Shown piece after piece: positions 1 through 12,660 of a stretch of DNA of 64,000 nucleotides (position 1 is the first letter of the stretch; the number at the start of each line of letters is the position of its first letter). The position numbers and the translations under genes are program-made. The DNA is from Marsupella aquatica (lineage: Eukaryota > Plantae > Marchantiophyta): positions 26,090,798-26,154,797 of the forward strand of contig OZ316893.1 in NCBI GenBank assembly GCA_973895155.1, in the 5' to 3' direction. Under the pieces are notes generated by a model, which made no database searches, was not told the DNA's origin, and saw only the letters and a program-made list of their open reading frames with translations.

Positions 1-3000
1 TCAGCAAAGTCGATGGCGTCATAACTGGGTGCCGAAAGTCTGATGGTGGGAAGATCAGAGACCAAAACCTAAGAAGCAGGAGAGTCCTCAGTGTCGGCCA
101 GCAGCTACTCCCATCTGCATCAAATGCAACATAGATTGTTTTCAGACAATCAAGACCTTTAAACACTTCCCAACAATACGCATGACCCATACACTAACCT
201 GTAAAACAACCCCACAAAGACGGCTTAGACATCAATCGGAAGATTCATTATAGACTGCATCTTCACATTTTGGAAAGCCTGAACTGATCTCCGGTCAGGC
301 CCTAAAGACCACCATGGCATAAACCGCCTGTTCGTGAAGCTTCTCACTAACCTGGATTTTTCAATTTCTCTGTGAGTTGGCCATGCATGTGCACAAGGCG
401 CTGACGTGCACAATGTGCTGCAAAATAAGGTGTCTCTGAACTCAGTTCAATGAGTGGCTTTGTTATCAGATTTATTCTGATCAAGGAGAAGGGTCTTTGT
501 ATTGCAAGAGACCCAAAATATTGCAGCAGTACGTTGTAGAAAACCTGGCAAATCAGATCAAGCAATGTACAGAGGGTAAGAAAAAGCCAAATGATTGCAA
601 TCCGCTGTCATTGATGGGTACAGATGCCTAGAGATGGCTACGGAAAGTACCCGTAATCCAAACGTCTCCTAGTTCTAAATTGCATAGTTTCCACAAATGA
701 AAACTCTATCTGCATACCTTGCCTCGCCAACTCTCTCACTAGTGTATTCAGAAATGGCTCTAGGGACGAACTAAAGAGCGAATATGAGATACGTGCCTGC
801 ATCTTTTTCCGATTCTCTGCGGCCAAGCTAATTGCGTTGCAGGTCCTAATCCGTTGAATTGCGACCCCAAGATCATCGGTCGACTTGTGATCCACAAGAG
901 TTCGAAATTCTCCCAGTGTTTGCGGCGCATTGATAACAAACGGAAGCATATCAAATTCGTTCACTTCAACGCGTGGCTTCTTTGTACCTGTCTCCATGAC
1001 CGCCTTTTTCTTTCCCTTGTCTAATTTCGTTTCACTTTCCCGGGCGGAGATCTCCTTCCCAGGCGGTTGCTTATGGCTTAGCTGCCTACTCGGCACATCG
1101 TCCTCGTCTGACAGTTCATGACCGGAAACACCTTCTTCGACACTGTCATAATCGTCGTCCTGAACGTCCTCATCTTCATCCTCGTCCTCGTCCTGCTCAT
1201 CTTCTCCATCTTCTTCTGCACTACTGTCCTCTGCGCTGCCCTCCTCCTGATCACCAGTCCTAGCAAGTACCTCATCCACCCAGCCTTGACCATCCTGTTC
1301 ATCATCGTCCAGCACAAAATTTTCTCCCAAATCATCACCGCTTATTTCCAATCTTTTTTTCTTTCTTTGCTTTCTACTACCCGGTTCCTCGTCACTTTCG
1401 TCACTTTCTTCATCAGAATCTGGAGCGCCTAGCATTCTTTTCTTGCGCTTTTTCTGCAAGGAAATTGAACACAATCAGCCACTACGCTTGGTTCTAAAAT
1501 GCTCGGCATAATATAATCTAGGAACAGATTTGCCCTAGGAATTCAAACGACAGACAAACTTAGATGCTGCTTTTTATCCGCCCAACTAATTTAGAGCCCG
1601 GTGGACGAATTTCAAAGTCCACAGCACTCCAACTAAGACAGCCAAAGTCAACAAGTAAACCACTCAGAAAGGACGATAGACTGCAAAAGAATCAACAAAT
1701 CCGGCTTCACCTCAAGGGTTTCAAGGCGCTCCCTTTCCTCCTTAACTATCTCCTCTGCTGTTTTAAGTCTATCTCCAGCATGTCCCCGAATGTCAAAAAC
1801 CATTTCCTTAATGAGCTTGTCGAACTCGTCTGGCTTGTCCTGTTACAGGACCACAACAAATCACTTTGTTATTTCTAATCCATTCCCATCCATTTGGTTG
1901 GCAGACCAAATGCACAGCACTCAAAGTCACGACATACCCCCGGTACACACTCATTTTGATCCCAAAAAATACCACGACAGACACCAACGACAAAGTAGAT
2001 ACAAACAATTCTACAAACATTTCTCGAGAAAATTCTCATCTACGAAAGATAGCGAAGAGACGAAAAGCAACGCACCTGCTGAACAGATGATGAACCTTCC
2101 GCATTTGACGATTTCTTGGATAAGATGTCTTTCAGCTTATCTTTTCTAGTTGGTCTTAGCGACAATAATGCCCTTGACTTGACGAGTTCTGAAAAGTCAC
2201 TATCCAGTTTCTCCTTCAGTTCCTCATCTTCCTCTTTCTCCTTGGCTTTTTGAGCCTGTAATTCATAGACTGCGGATATGAGCTTTCCAAGTCCTTAAGG
2301 CGCTGAATAACAATCAAGAATTGAGTAATATCTGGCAAAATTACAGGTGAATACAAAACCATCACACACACCTTGTAAAATTTGCTCTTTGTGATGATGT
2401 CTTCCATGATTTCTTTCTTCGACTTCGGTTGTTGGGAATCAGAGTTCTCCCCGGTCTTGGCAGAAAAACCACCACCAAAGTTGAGCTGCCGAACAGTATC
2501 TTCATCCACTGTCGATTGATACCAATGCAAACTGTCAATTAACCTTCTTAACCGACCACGGAGAGAGGACACTGCTTTGGCTTGTGATCAGATGCGGGGA
2601 ATAGAATCATCGGGACCTGCAGTTGCTCATATCAACAAAAAAAGCAATGTATTTGCAAGAGCACGTTAATTCTCCGTGCAACAAGAAATTAAGGAAGTTC
2701 AAGTCTGGATGTGGATTCATGCAGCTCGTTTGATTTCTTACAATCTGCTGTATCATCGTCATCTTGGATAGAATCATTGTCATTGAAGTCGTCCACATTG
2801 GAGAGGGCCATTCCTCCATGTGTGAGAGTTTCTTCTTCGTCGTCATCTTCTGGAAGTGTGAACTTGCTCTTCCGATTGATTTGGGCCTGGTAATACCAAC
2901 GAACACAAAAACTTATGTGAGGCAATGAACTCTATTGCACTTCAGAACCGAACTACATCGTCATCTACAATATTAAATCCCGATTAAAATTTTGCAAAGT

Positions 3001-4000
3001 CCCTTCTCCCGTCTCCTCCTACGGGTTTTTCAAAAGAGAAAGTATTGAAGAACAACTAAAACCTTTGAGCATCTTGTATCATTCTGAAGGAAAGCATAGG
3101 AGTGTTATTCCACCACTGGCTGTCTGGTGTTCATCTGGGGCACGGCCGTAATTGCAAAGCAGATTTTACGAGTAGCTTCTTTTCGAACAAGGCCGTAAAA
3201 GTACCTGCCGCTCCTTCTGAAAACGGAGGATAGCCTTGTCCTCCTCTGGAAGATCCTCATCCTTTTCACCAAAACGCCGATCCACGAATTTGTTGCCCTT
3301 ACCCTGTTCCCTGTACTCCTGCAGCAGTGTGTTTTTTCTCTGCATGTGCCACCATCAGCCCGCAAAGCTGATGATATCAGAACCAAAGGAAATGGGTTGT
3401 GAAAGCTCTCCACCATCTAACGCTCAGTAATATAACCAAATGACCACGTATGGATTTATTGATGTCCTCTGGAATTCAAACAAAACTGGCTTCACCTTTG
3501 CTCAATGAGAAGCGCTGTAGATAAACTTGCTATCTAGTGTAAAGAATTTGCTTCAGAATCATGAATATAATTGAATAAACGATTGTAGATAAATGAATTG
3601 CGGCTGGAGGCTTGGGGGTTAGGGTTTTTGGGAAGAGTCTTAATTAGTATAAAGGGTCCACACGAGGTGTCTTCTCTCTACACTCGCAAACACGAGGTGG
3701 GTCGCAGCGGAAACTCCGATAGATTCCAACAATTTATGCATCTGTACGTACCTTCTCAACTGCCAAGGACCGCGATTGCCCGACTCGCTTTTTCTGCCCC
3801 TTCTTTTGCTTTTGCCCCAGCACGTCAAACTTCTTGCGGGTCCACAGAGTCTCGAAAGCGTTCTCCCTGGCTTCTCTCTCTGGCTTGCCTCTTTTCCTGT
3901 CCCCTTCCCCTCCCTCTCCACCTCCACCTCCAAATCCTCCACCGCGATGCTTCTTCTTTGCCACGGCTGCAGGGCCCGACATTTTCCTCTTCTTTGCCAT
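1..4000 (-). CDS. NOP14: Nucleolar protein 14 (SSU processome / 40S biogenesis), 5' part; gene continues beyond the window start
   Basis: Spliced exons (minus): 3752-4000, 3205-3339, 2742-2886, 2372-2508, 2076-2255, 1711-1839, 797-1453, 352-544, <1-114, all phase-compatible. Peptides typical of plant NOP14: NAFETLWTRKKFDVLG, RKNTLLQEY...KFVDRRFGE, KSKKEIMEDIITKSKFYK, ENRKKMQVFYNVLLQYF, WPTLRTLLLLRFWSLIFPPSDFRHPVMTP. Confidence 0.95.
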
Positions 4001-4270
4001 CTTGCTCAACCAATGCCACGTAAGCCTTTCCCAATTCGCTCCAGCAATTCTGTCAATTCCCGAGCTACTATAGTTTATTTGATGCATAGCGTATGTGATC
4101 ACTTGTACGCAGGAAGCAAAGTAGACATATTTCTGAGATAGTCAATCAATGCCGACGAAATACATGACAGAGAAAAGAAAAGGACCCCTCAGTTCCTACA
4201 GACTCCCGGGGTAGAGCCCAGGAACTCCAACCAGAAGCGAATCTATCGACCCAAACGCCACAGCACGACT

Positions 4271-4278
4271 AAACCCTA
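4271..4278. promoter_or_regulatory. Telo-box (AAACCCTA) in the NOP14 5' region; a second one lies at 3620-3627 in the first coding intron
   Basis: Exact AAACCCTA/TAGGGTTT motifs. Telo-boxes are known to be enriched near plant ribosome-biogenesis and ribosomal-protein genes. Confidence 0.5.
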
Positions 4279-5035
4279 AACCCACACGACATCAGTTGCA
4301 CTCACTTTTGGGGACGGGAACCATGGAAAAACACTACTACTATGCTATGCACCCATTGGCTCTTAGATCGTCAACTCTCAAGTGAAGCCGTCCACATTCT
4401 ACGTGGACACCTCCGTCAAAAATCTCGAGATAACAAGTATGGCCTGAGCTACCTCTGAAACCTCCAAGGCGTGTCACTCTATTCACAGTCTCACAAAAAC
4501 ACTGCGGAAACCAATTTCTATGACACAGTACACACGGCCCAACACAGCACGCAAACAGGTAGCAACAAAAATATGCATATGTTGGAAAAAACCCTAGACT
4601 CCAACAGATGACAACGCCATACATTCTAGATCAAGCATCATTGTCAAGCAGACAACAGAAAAGCTTCTCTTGAATGACCGCTTCTCCTACAGTAGATACG
4701 ACCACCAAAAACCGAGCTGAAATGGAAAATAGGGGGGAGGACGGGAACGGCACAGGACAATCCTCCAACCAACCTCTCAAAAGAGAAATCGCTACGGCCT
4801 CCGATCGAGATCCGCACCTGGGCTGCAGCAGTCTACAGGAATTGCAGCAATCCGCCGCGCAGCATCTGATCCGAGAAGAGCCCCGACGATGGGAGCTGAA
4901 TCCGCCATCACCAGCAACAACAGCTTCGAAATGCTCTGCTCTGCTTTGCTCGTCTCCAATCTCTTCGTCGCCGAAAGCAAAGCCTGGCTTTGTATGATGT
5001 GAACGACAATGTTTTAATTGTAATTTTTGCTAGCT

Positions 5036-6135
5036 ACCATAATTCTCAGTCATCGAGATTCAGTCAAAGAACTAGAAAAAATATATGAGCCTGGGCGGGA
5101 ATTGAACCCGCAACACTTTGGGCCGGGATACTCCGATCAGCTCGAATGAGTATAATGCGCTACTATAATTCTCAGTCGTCGAAGTTCAGGCCAATAACTA
5201 GGAAAAAGATATGGGCCTGGGCGGGAATTGAACCCGCAACACTTTGGACTCGGATACTCCGATCAGCTCAAATGGGTATAACACGTTACTATAATTCTTA
5301 GCCATCGAAATTCGGGCCAATAAGTTGAAAAGTTTATGAGTCTGGGCAGGATTTGAACCCGCAATAGCTTTTTTTTCCTTTTTTTTTCTTTTCTTTTTCC
5401 CTTTTTTTTCCTCTTTTTTTTGTGAATTTACCAGACTTTTCACATGAGCCTGGGCACGGTTTGAACCCGCTTCGTTTTGTATTTTTTAATTTTCTTGCCC
5501 AGCTACCAGATACTCATATTCCACGAGATGTCAGAATACTAAAAACAATTGTATTTTACTTAGATCTGATACTTTCCTTTCTGGCAGAGTAGCCAGAGGA
5601 AATGATACTGGACTAAAATACACCGATAAGCTCAGAAACGGGTTTTCCTGCGCAACCATTATTCTGATTCTGGGTTATGGGTACTCCGATCAGGTCGAAT
5701 GGGCTCGGGTTTATTGCGCAACTACAATATAAATAAATCTGATTCAGAATAAAATCAGCGGAGAGAGCAATGGGTGTGTTTGCAACCATAATTCTGATAT
5801 ATCGATATCAGCGAAGGCAGTGGGAAAAGTTATGGGCCTGGGCAGGACTTGAATCCGCAACATCTATCAGAAGAGATGTTCAACATCTTTTTCAGAGGAG
5901 ATGATTCACTCTACCAGGCCATCCTTGTACAGGACGTGGAGGCAAAGGTCTTTTATACAACTTTATATTATATTTATATGCATTCAAGTTCACGGGGTAA
6001 TCAGCGGAAAAGGTACTTGGCTTGGAACAAAAGCTCTACTTCAGCGAAGGCAGTGGGAAAAAGTTATGGGTCTGGGCAGGATTTAAACCCGTAACATCTT
6101 TAATGACAGATGTGCAGCGCTACCAGGCCATGCTT
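5036..6135 (-). repeat. Cluster of six tRNA-derived/SINE-like units (the first three form a ~126-bp tandem)
   Basis: Core ATGRGYCTGGGCRGGA.TTGAACCCGC (plus strand) starts at 5085, 5211, 5336, 5444, 5832 and 6066. On the minus strand it reads GCGGG-TTCAATT-CCCGC (T-arm/B-box), then CCAGGCYCA, and in most copies a T-run. Confidence 0.7.
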
Positions 6136-6233
6136 GTACAACACATGGATGGGAAGTTATGTTAAATTGATTTATATGGATTCAAGTTCACGGGGTAATC
6201 AGCGGAAAAGGTACTTGGCTTGGAACAAAAGCT
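5982..6233. repeat. Direct repeat of ~54 bp (ATTCAAGTTCACGGGGTAATCAGCGGAAAAGGTACTTGGCTTGGAACAAAAGCT) x2
   Basis: Identical copies at ~5982-6035 and ~6180-6233, each following a tRNA-like unit. Confidence 0.85.
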
Positions 6234-6461
6234 TTAGTTAAGCTCCCGACGTATTCTTTGTGTGAGAGTAAAGCTCCCTGACACTCCATGTTATCCTAGT
6301 GAAATTGCACAGTTCAAGACATTTTGCGTAGGGCCCTAAATATCTAGGACTTTTTCAAAACAAGTACCAGAAATGTACGTACAAAGTCATGAGTTAGAAG
6401 CTAGGTCTAGTTTACAGAGTTCTATTGCAAGTAAACTTTCCTTGGAAAATTGAAAGTAAAA

Positions 6462-6882
6462 CTTTGCTATTGAAAACTTTTTCTGTTGATGAAAACCTTT
6501 TGGAAACCAGAGGGGTGTCAATGAATGGTGTAAAGGGTGGTACAGTTGATGGGAAGCATCAATATCATTTTCCAGATAGAGTATTTTGCTATTGAACACT
6601 TTTTGGGCTACTGAAAATCTTTTGGAACCCAAAAGAAACCTTTCTCTTCTAGTGAAAACCTTTTGGAAGCCAGAGGTTGTCAATGAATGGTGTAAAGGGT
6701 GGCACAGTTGATGGGAAGCATCATTATCATTTTCCAGATGGAGGAGTTTGCTATTGAACACTTTTTTTTGGCTATTTTAAATATTTTGGAAACCAGAAGA
6801 AAACTTTCTCTACCAGTGAAAAAAACCTTTCCCTTCCAGTGAAAACCCTTTGGAAACCAAAAGGGTGTCAATGAATGGTGTA
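6462..6882. repeat. Degenerate tandem repeat, ~165-185-bp unit, ~2.5 copies, upstream of ANKZF1
   Basis: GAAAACC(T)TTTGGAA...GTCAATGAATGGTGTAA recurs at 6491, 6654 and 6841; TTTGCTATTGAA recurs at 6463, 6586 and 6747. Confidence 0.85.
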
Positions 6883-7612
6883 AGAGGAGATTTCGTGATT
6901 GTCATTCCCATCGATCCTGAGATTGGATGTGCTGTCGAGACTGTTGGATTGTGTGTTGATGCATTTGTTCCCGATCACCGAATTCGCAACCCCTAATTTT
7001 GAGTGGCAGGGATCTGCAAGGGTTGAAGGTGAGCCATCTGTTTCTGTTCGTGTTGTCCTCCATAGCTCTCGAGGTTTCATGGATTGCTGTTCAACGCTTC
7101 ACGTTCCATTTTTTATTCATCGTTTCCTTCGGTTTTCGTCGGTCGTCTCTGGAATTTCTCTCTGGTTTTTCTGTTGTACTTTGCTGGAACTGTTTCAGGA
7201 AATTTGTTCTTGCCTGGCTAAATTTGATTCATGGAGCTCGATCCTCCAGTTTTGATGTTTCTCCCCTCCCCCATCCTGATGCTGTTGCGTTGAATTTAGA
7301 ACTCCAGCGTTCTGGGATTGATTGATGCGATTATTGCGTGGATCTGTAGCATGAGTAGAATGTGTCCCAGCAATTCTTGGGAACCAAATTGAGGTGAATA
7401 GAAATTGAAAAGAGTTGAATTGGTTTGGAGTATTTTAGAGTCCACGGAACTCCAGCAAGAGGGATGGGCCGGAGAGTACATGGAGATGAGAGAGCCTACA
7501 CCAGACGCTTAGGGTTTTTTGAGACCTTGAAATTGCATTGTTCTTACTGCGCAGAGAATTCCGGTGAGGATTGATGAACGGGCCAGGAAATTGGGGTCGG
7601 TAATTCGGAGCG

Positions 7613-10600
7613 ATGGGGCGGGGTACTAGGGATCCCTGGGGCGTTAGACCCGACCACTTATTTTCCTGTCCACCGAATTTCTTCGACTCGGTGACATTGT
7701 ACAGAGGCAGTGATGGCCGATCGAAGGAGGAAGCCTTGGTTCGAGCAGATACCAGTGAAGAGGACCGGAAGAAAGCGCATTTGGGAACCGAGGAAGGGGT
7801 TGTGGTTGATCTTTCTGCTCTTTCTGTAAAGGAGGAAGGTGGCGAACGAGATTCGGCTGGCCTCGAGACGACGTCCGTCAAATGGACGTGCATCAGTTGT
7901 CGAGCAACTTTCCAGTCGTCAGAAGAGCACCGATCGCATTTCAAGTCGGATTTTCACCGCCTGAATGTACATTCTTTCACACTCTACATATATTGTCTCT
8001 CTCAGTCCCTTGAGTCGTCCTCATTTGAGTCCCTGTGGACTTTTCAATTATTCTTTTATTCCAACATTTTCATTCTTCTCTCTCACATTCTCACTCTCTG
8101 TTAAATGGGTGATGCCATAAGAAAAGCTTTGACCTAAACATAACAATCTACGACCCACAAAAATTGAAGGGAGCGGATGGGAGTCAAATACCCAAGGGTG
8201 CTGCAGCAGCTGGAAAACCATTCTTTCATACTCTCCATTTGTTTTCTGATGACGGAATCGCCCCATATTTCAGCAAAAAACGTATGTTGAAATTGTGGGC
8301 ATCTACGGAATTATTGTTTTGAGTATATGGAACGTGTGCTTTCAGAGGTCTTCATACTTAAGACTCGGGTCCGTCGTCCTCCTGCTGTCTGCCCCATGTG
8401 TCCATTGGAAGCTGCTGGAAATGCAAATCACGTCCCTCATGCACACAGGCACCCTAAGGAAAACCTCTAACGTCATAAGGTTTAGTCAGGACACCATTCT
8501 CTAACGGATAAGATAAATCATAGTGTTTAAACCTACCATTTTCACGGCGATTGGGGTTTGACATCGAGTGAAGTGTCCTGCATTTTCGCTGACCCTGTAT
8601 TGTTATTCTTCTCCACACTTCTTCTTCTGAGTTGACGCTTTGACAGTAACGAGAATTTCTTGAAGAACGTTGTTCATGACCATCACGCTTTCTCTAATTT
8701 TTCCAATACATTAATGCCCTATTCCTCGTAGGTGAAACGAAGAGTTGTCGGCAAGGAGCCCATAAATGAAGACGAGTTTGAGGCTGTTGCGGAAGGACAT
8801 TGGAAAGGAGTCAATGATGACTTGTCAAGTATTTCAGGTTCTGACGATGAGTCTGATGATCCAGAGCAACCCATCACCCAAGCACGAGCTCTTCCCCGAT
8901 CAAACCGCATTCACTTAGCCCTTCCAGGAGTTGAAGGAGTAGTTTCAATATGGCGATCAGTTCTTATTGGGGAAAAGGAATACCTTCAGGGCGAGAAGGG
9001 TTCCACTGATCTTGAAAATACAGGAGGACTCTGTGTTAGCGATGCGGACGTCTCGACGAGAGTGCAGGCTTTGATAAGCTCTGGATCAGAAAAAGATGAA
9101 AACTCATCACATCAGCCCCTTACTTGGCTGGTATTGCTGGCAGCTGGTGGGCATTTTGCTGGTATTGTGGTGAACAGGAAGAGTGGGGAAGTTCTTGCTC
9201 ACCATACTTTCCATAGGTGAGCTGCGTCATATTGTAGCATCCAATGTCTGAGATTCTTATCATCTGTTGGACGTGACATCTCTGGCCTGCTGTTTTGACG
9301 TCTATGAATTAGAGAGACTCTAAGGTGGATACGGAAAAAAGCAGGGAGGTGTTTGCAGTATCTCTTACCTTTAGATTTTTGAAAGGAATGAAATTCTAAG
9401 GTAAAAATTTGGGTAACCGAATATGTAGGTATGTAGTGAGAGCGAAAGCAGGAGGCAGACAATCTACACAAGACAAATCGGGCAAGGCGCCAAAGTCGGC
9501 TGGAGCTTCTCTTCGCCGCTATAATGAAGCAGCTTTGCAAAAAGTAGGTCGCCTCTAGCCACTTAAGAATTTCTATCATTGATAGTATTGTCTTTCGAGA
9601 GTGTTTGGGCCTGCCTTGCAAGGTTAGAGCAAATACACGTTCGGTGCCAGGCAACATGATGAATGTGTAACTATGTTTATTAGGCAAGCTGAACTTCACA
9701 CGAGGGGTGCTCTTCGACAATAAGCAAGTTTTGCATGAAGCTGGACATCTTTCTTAACTCCCCTCAAGATAACACGCTGAATATCTTTGGGTATGGATGA
9801 TGGCAGCTGTCCTACTGTTTTGGTTGTAGATTTTCGCAATTAGCTTACCTCGTCTCTGTTCTTCCTCCACCGGAATTGGCGACTTGCTTCCATGTCCCTG
9901 CGTTGTTGGGGGTATTTGTTGCACTCCTAATGTGATTGTAAACAGTTTCTTTGATTGCTTGGTAGGAAATTCGGGACCTTTTGAGTAGTTGGGACGGCCA
10001 CGTTCGATCTGCTTCACACATTTTCATCCATGCTCCTTCTGCAAACGGTCAGGCTCTGTTTGGAGGAGAAAATGCACCATTGAGTCGCAATGATCCGCGA
10101 ATTCGGCGTATTCCTTTTACAACACGCCGGCCCACTTACAAGGAAGCCAAACGGGTACATCATATTTTGACAGCCATATCATATGAAGACGAAACCTCTA
10201 TTCCCAATGAGATGGAACATGAGATTGTGGATACGAAAAAGGAAGGAGCAAAAAAAAGTTCGAAAGTTGGGGATGCTAAGCGAGGAAAGATAAAAGAAGC
10301 TCTCCCCGCTAAAGAACTTGTGCAGTCCAGGGATCCAACAGATAATACTGAATCAAGCTCAGCTGGTGATGTTCTTGGAATTCCCACTCCTGTAGATGCA
10401 GAGCTAGTTGTGGTTGTTTGTTGGGATAGCCAGTCATTTGTGGATAAAAAAAATGAAATTTCATACCAAGCAAGTGTTAAAGAATGATGTTTCCTATGTT
10501 GTGTAGGGGAAGAGCCTGATGGGAATGGGGTTCACAAGAAAGCCACGCCTCTACATGATGCAGCAAAATCTGGAGACTCCGCATTGGTCCTTCAACTGTT

Positions 10601-12660
10601 GGAAGATCTCGTTGATCCTTGTTTGAAGGATGAAGGGGGTTATACACCATACGCTCGTGCTGGAGATAAAGAGACAAGAAATGCCTTCCGCAGATTCATG
10701 GCGAAGCATCCAGATTTGTGGGATTGGCATGCTGCAGGTGTTCCTAGTCCCCTGACAGAGGAGATGGAAGCATCGCAAGCGGCAAAGCAGGTGACCACCG
10801 TTCTACACTTGTTGTCTGCTACTTATGCACTCACAACCTGTAGTTACAGTCAGAGATGGTGCTGTGAACATATGAACATCATATAATCATTCCGAAGGTG
10901 CCTCTTTTTTTCAATCACACATACTGGATTTATGGTATAGTAAAAAAACATTAAATGACGTCTTCCATCTTTCATGAACTGAGTGAACCTTTTAAAAGAA
11001 ACCGTTCAGAACTTCGCGTTCGTGTGTGCGAGGACGGTGTAATTGGAGAGGGCAACTATTCTTACAGGAACATAGGTTCCCACAAGATTCCATTAATATT
11101 AGTTTAGGTCCCACAAAGATTTCGTGAAGATTGCAGACTAATATTAATTGAAAAAATACACCCAGCTGAATAATAATATGAACTGTAGATGTCAGACCTG
11201 GACGAATAAGATGAGAGGATTGGCAAAAGATATCTACAGGACATTTCATGGTACCAGCGAAAGTACACACTCATGTTTTGCGCAAATCAACAGAAAAAAC
11301 GTAGCTTTGGTATGTACTATGTGAGACAAGGTTCACCATTAACTCTGCTAATTTATTTTTCTGGATGAGTCATTTCTGTTCCAAACCATCCTCTTGTAAC
11401 GCTTCGAATTATTCTGCAGCGGTCTCCCTTTAATCTTACATGACTGTAAGCCACCTGTGCTGCTATTTCGTTGTCCAGAACATGTAGAATTGGCTGCAGC
11501 AGCACGATTATGAGTTCTAATCGGTGAAGATTCACCGCTTTGTCGAGTGAGCAGGCAGAGAAAGATCAGAAGAGAAAGGAGCGGGAGAAAGAAAAGAAGA
11601 AATTGAAGAAAGAGCAGGAGAGAGCAAAAGAGGTAACAGGGGAGCTTTCTCCTATTCATATCACAATAACCTAGTTTCCGGTATTAGAGCTCACTCTTCT
11701 ACTAGCAACGTTGCTCAGCAATGTCAGTGCTTATGCAACTCAGACTTCTGTGTATTTTCGTGTATTCCAGTGAAACGCATCCCTCAGTTTAGGCCCTTAA
11801 AATATGTGGTGCAGGCTGAAAAAAGAGCGGCAGATTTAGCAGCTGCTGCTCTTGCTAACGTTCGGGGCACCCCCCTGTCAAGGAAGTTGTCGAGGGGAGC
11901 TTCTACAAGTACTCAATCGGCCGGCTATCAAGAGGTATGAAATGGATCTCACCATGTCAAGCTTCCTGGCCGAATGTGGGCGTGTATCGTGGTCGTCACC
12001 TTTCCAAAAGGAGGTTAAAACAGTACCTTGGACATGTATGGAATGCAATTGAATTACAAGTCCATGGGCCCCCGAAAATGGGCAAGGGCCAGAAAGTTTG
12101 AGAAACTGCCAGCAGTAAGAACAGTACGCTTTCTCAGCGAGTACATAGAGAAAGTGAACTCGTTTTGAAATGAAGACTCTGACCCAACAATGTACCACGG
12201 TCTAGAGTACAAAAGGTGACTTAGTAAATCTAGGGAATGAGCAGTTCGTAAGTCGCTCATACAGCAGACCAAATGGCGGAATGTATCACTGTAGGCTTCG
12301 ATCATGGTGTACACCTCAAACTGTAAATGGATCCGTAGATATGGTGATGTAGAAGTCTGACACAGAAATTAATGCAGTAGTATGTGGGTGAATTTGTCTC
12401 AGGCACTGTTGAAAGCACAAGGTGAAGAGAGAGAAAGGAGAGCAGCCGCTGCTGAGATTCGTATGCGAGCCATGATGGCAAACAAAGAACAACAGCCAAG
12501 TCAGACCTTGCCAGGCAATCCCGGGAGCTCTGTCAATGCATCAAAGGCATGTTCTTGTTGTGGAGATGACCTGACTGGCAAAACACCATTCCATCGATTG
12601 TCTTATCAATATTGTAGTACAACTTGTGTCCAAGTGCACAAGAAGTATCTCGAAAGCTAG
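7613..12660 (+). CDS. ANKZF1: ANKZF1/Vms1 family tRNA endonuclease / nascent-chain release factor of ribosome quality control (C2H2 zinc finger, VLRF1 domain, ankyrin repeats, coiled coil, C-terminal treble-clef)
   Basis: Exons ~7613-7966, 8732-9216, 9429-9543, 9966-~10365 (donor uncertain), 10507-10790, 11555-11632, 11815-11934, 12403-12660. Motifs: CISCRATF...[13 protein letters not shown]; GGHFAG...[17 protein letters not shown]...[11 protein letters not shown]; IFIHAP...[10 protein letters not shown]; TPLHDAA...G; RNAFRRFM...WDW.AA.VPSPLT; [10 protein letters not shown]; CSCCG...[14 protein letters not shown]. Confidence 0.95.

Noticed and set aside
5036-6135. Bona fide tRNA genes
   Set aside because: Only the T-arm and 3' acceptor side are well formed; no canonical D-arm or 7-nt anticodon loop could be drawn, so they are reported as tRNA-derived repeats.
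5036-9543. Functional link between the tRNA-like array and the tRNA-cleaving ANKZF1 next door
   Set aside because: Proximity only; ANKZF1 acts on ribosome-bound peptidyl-tRNA and nothing in the sequence ties it to these repeats.
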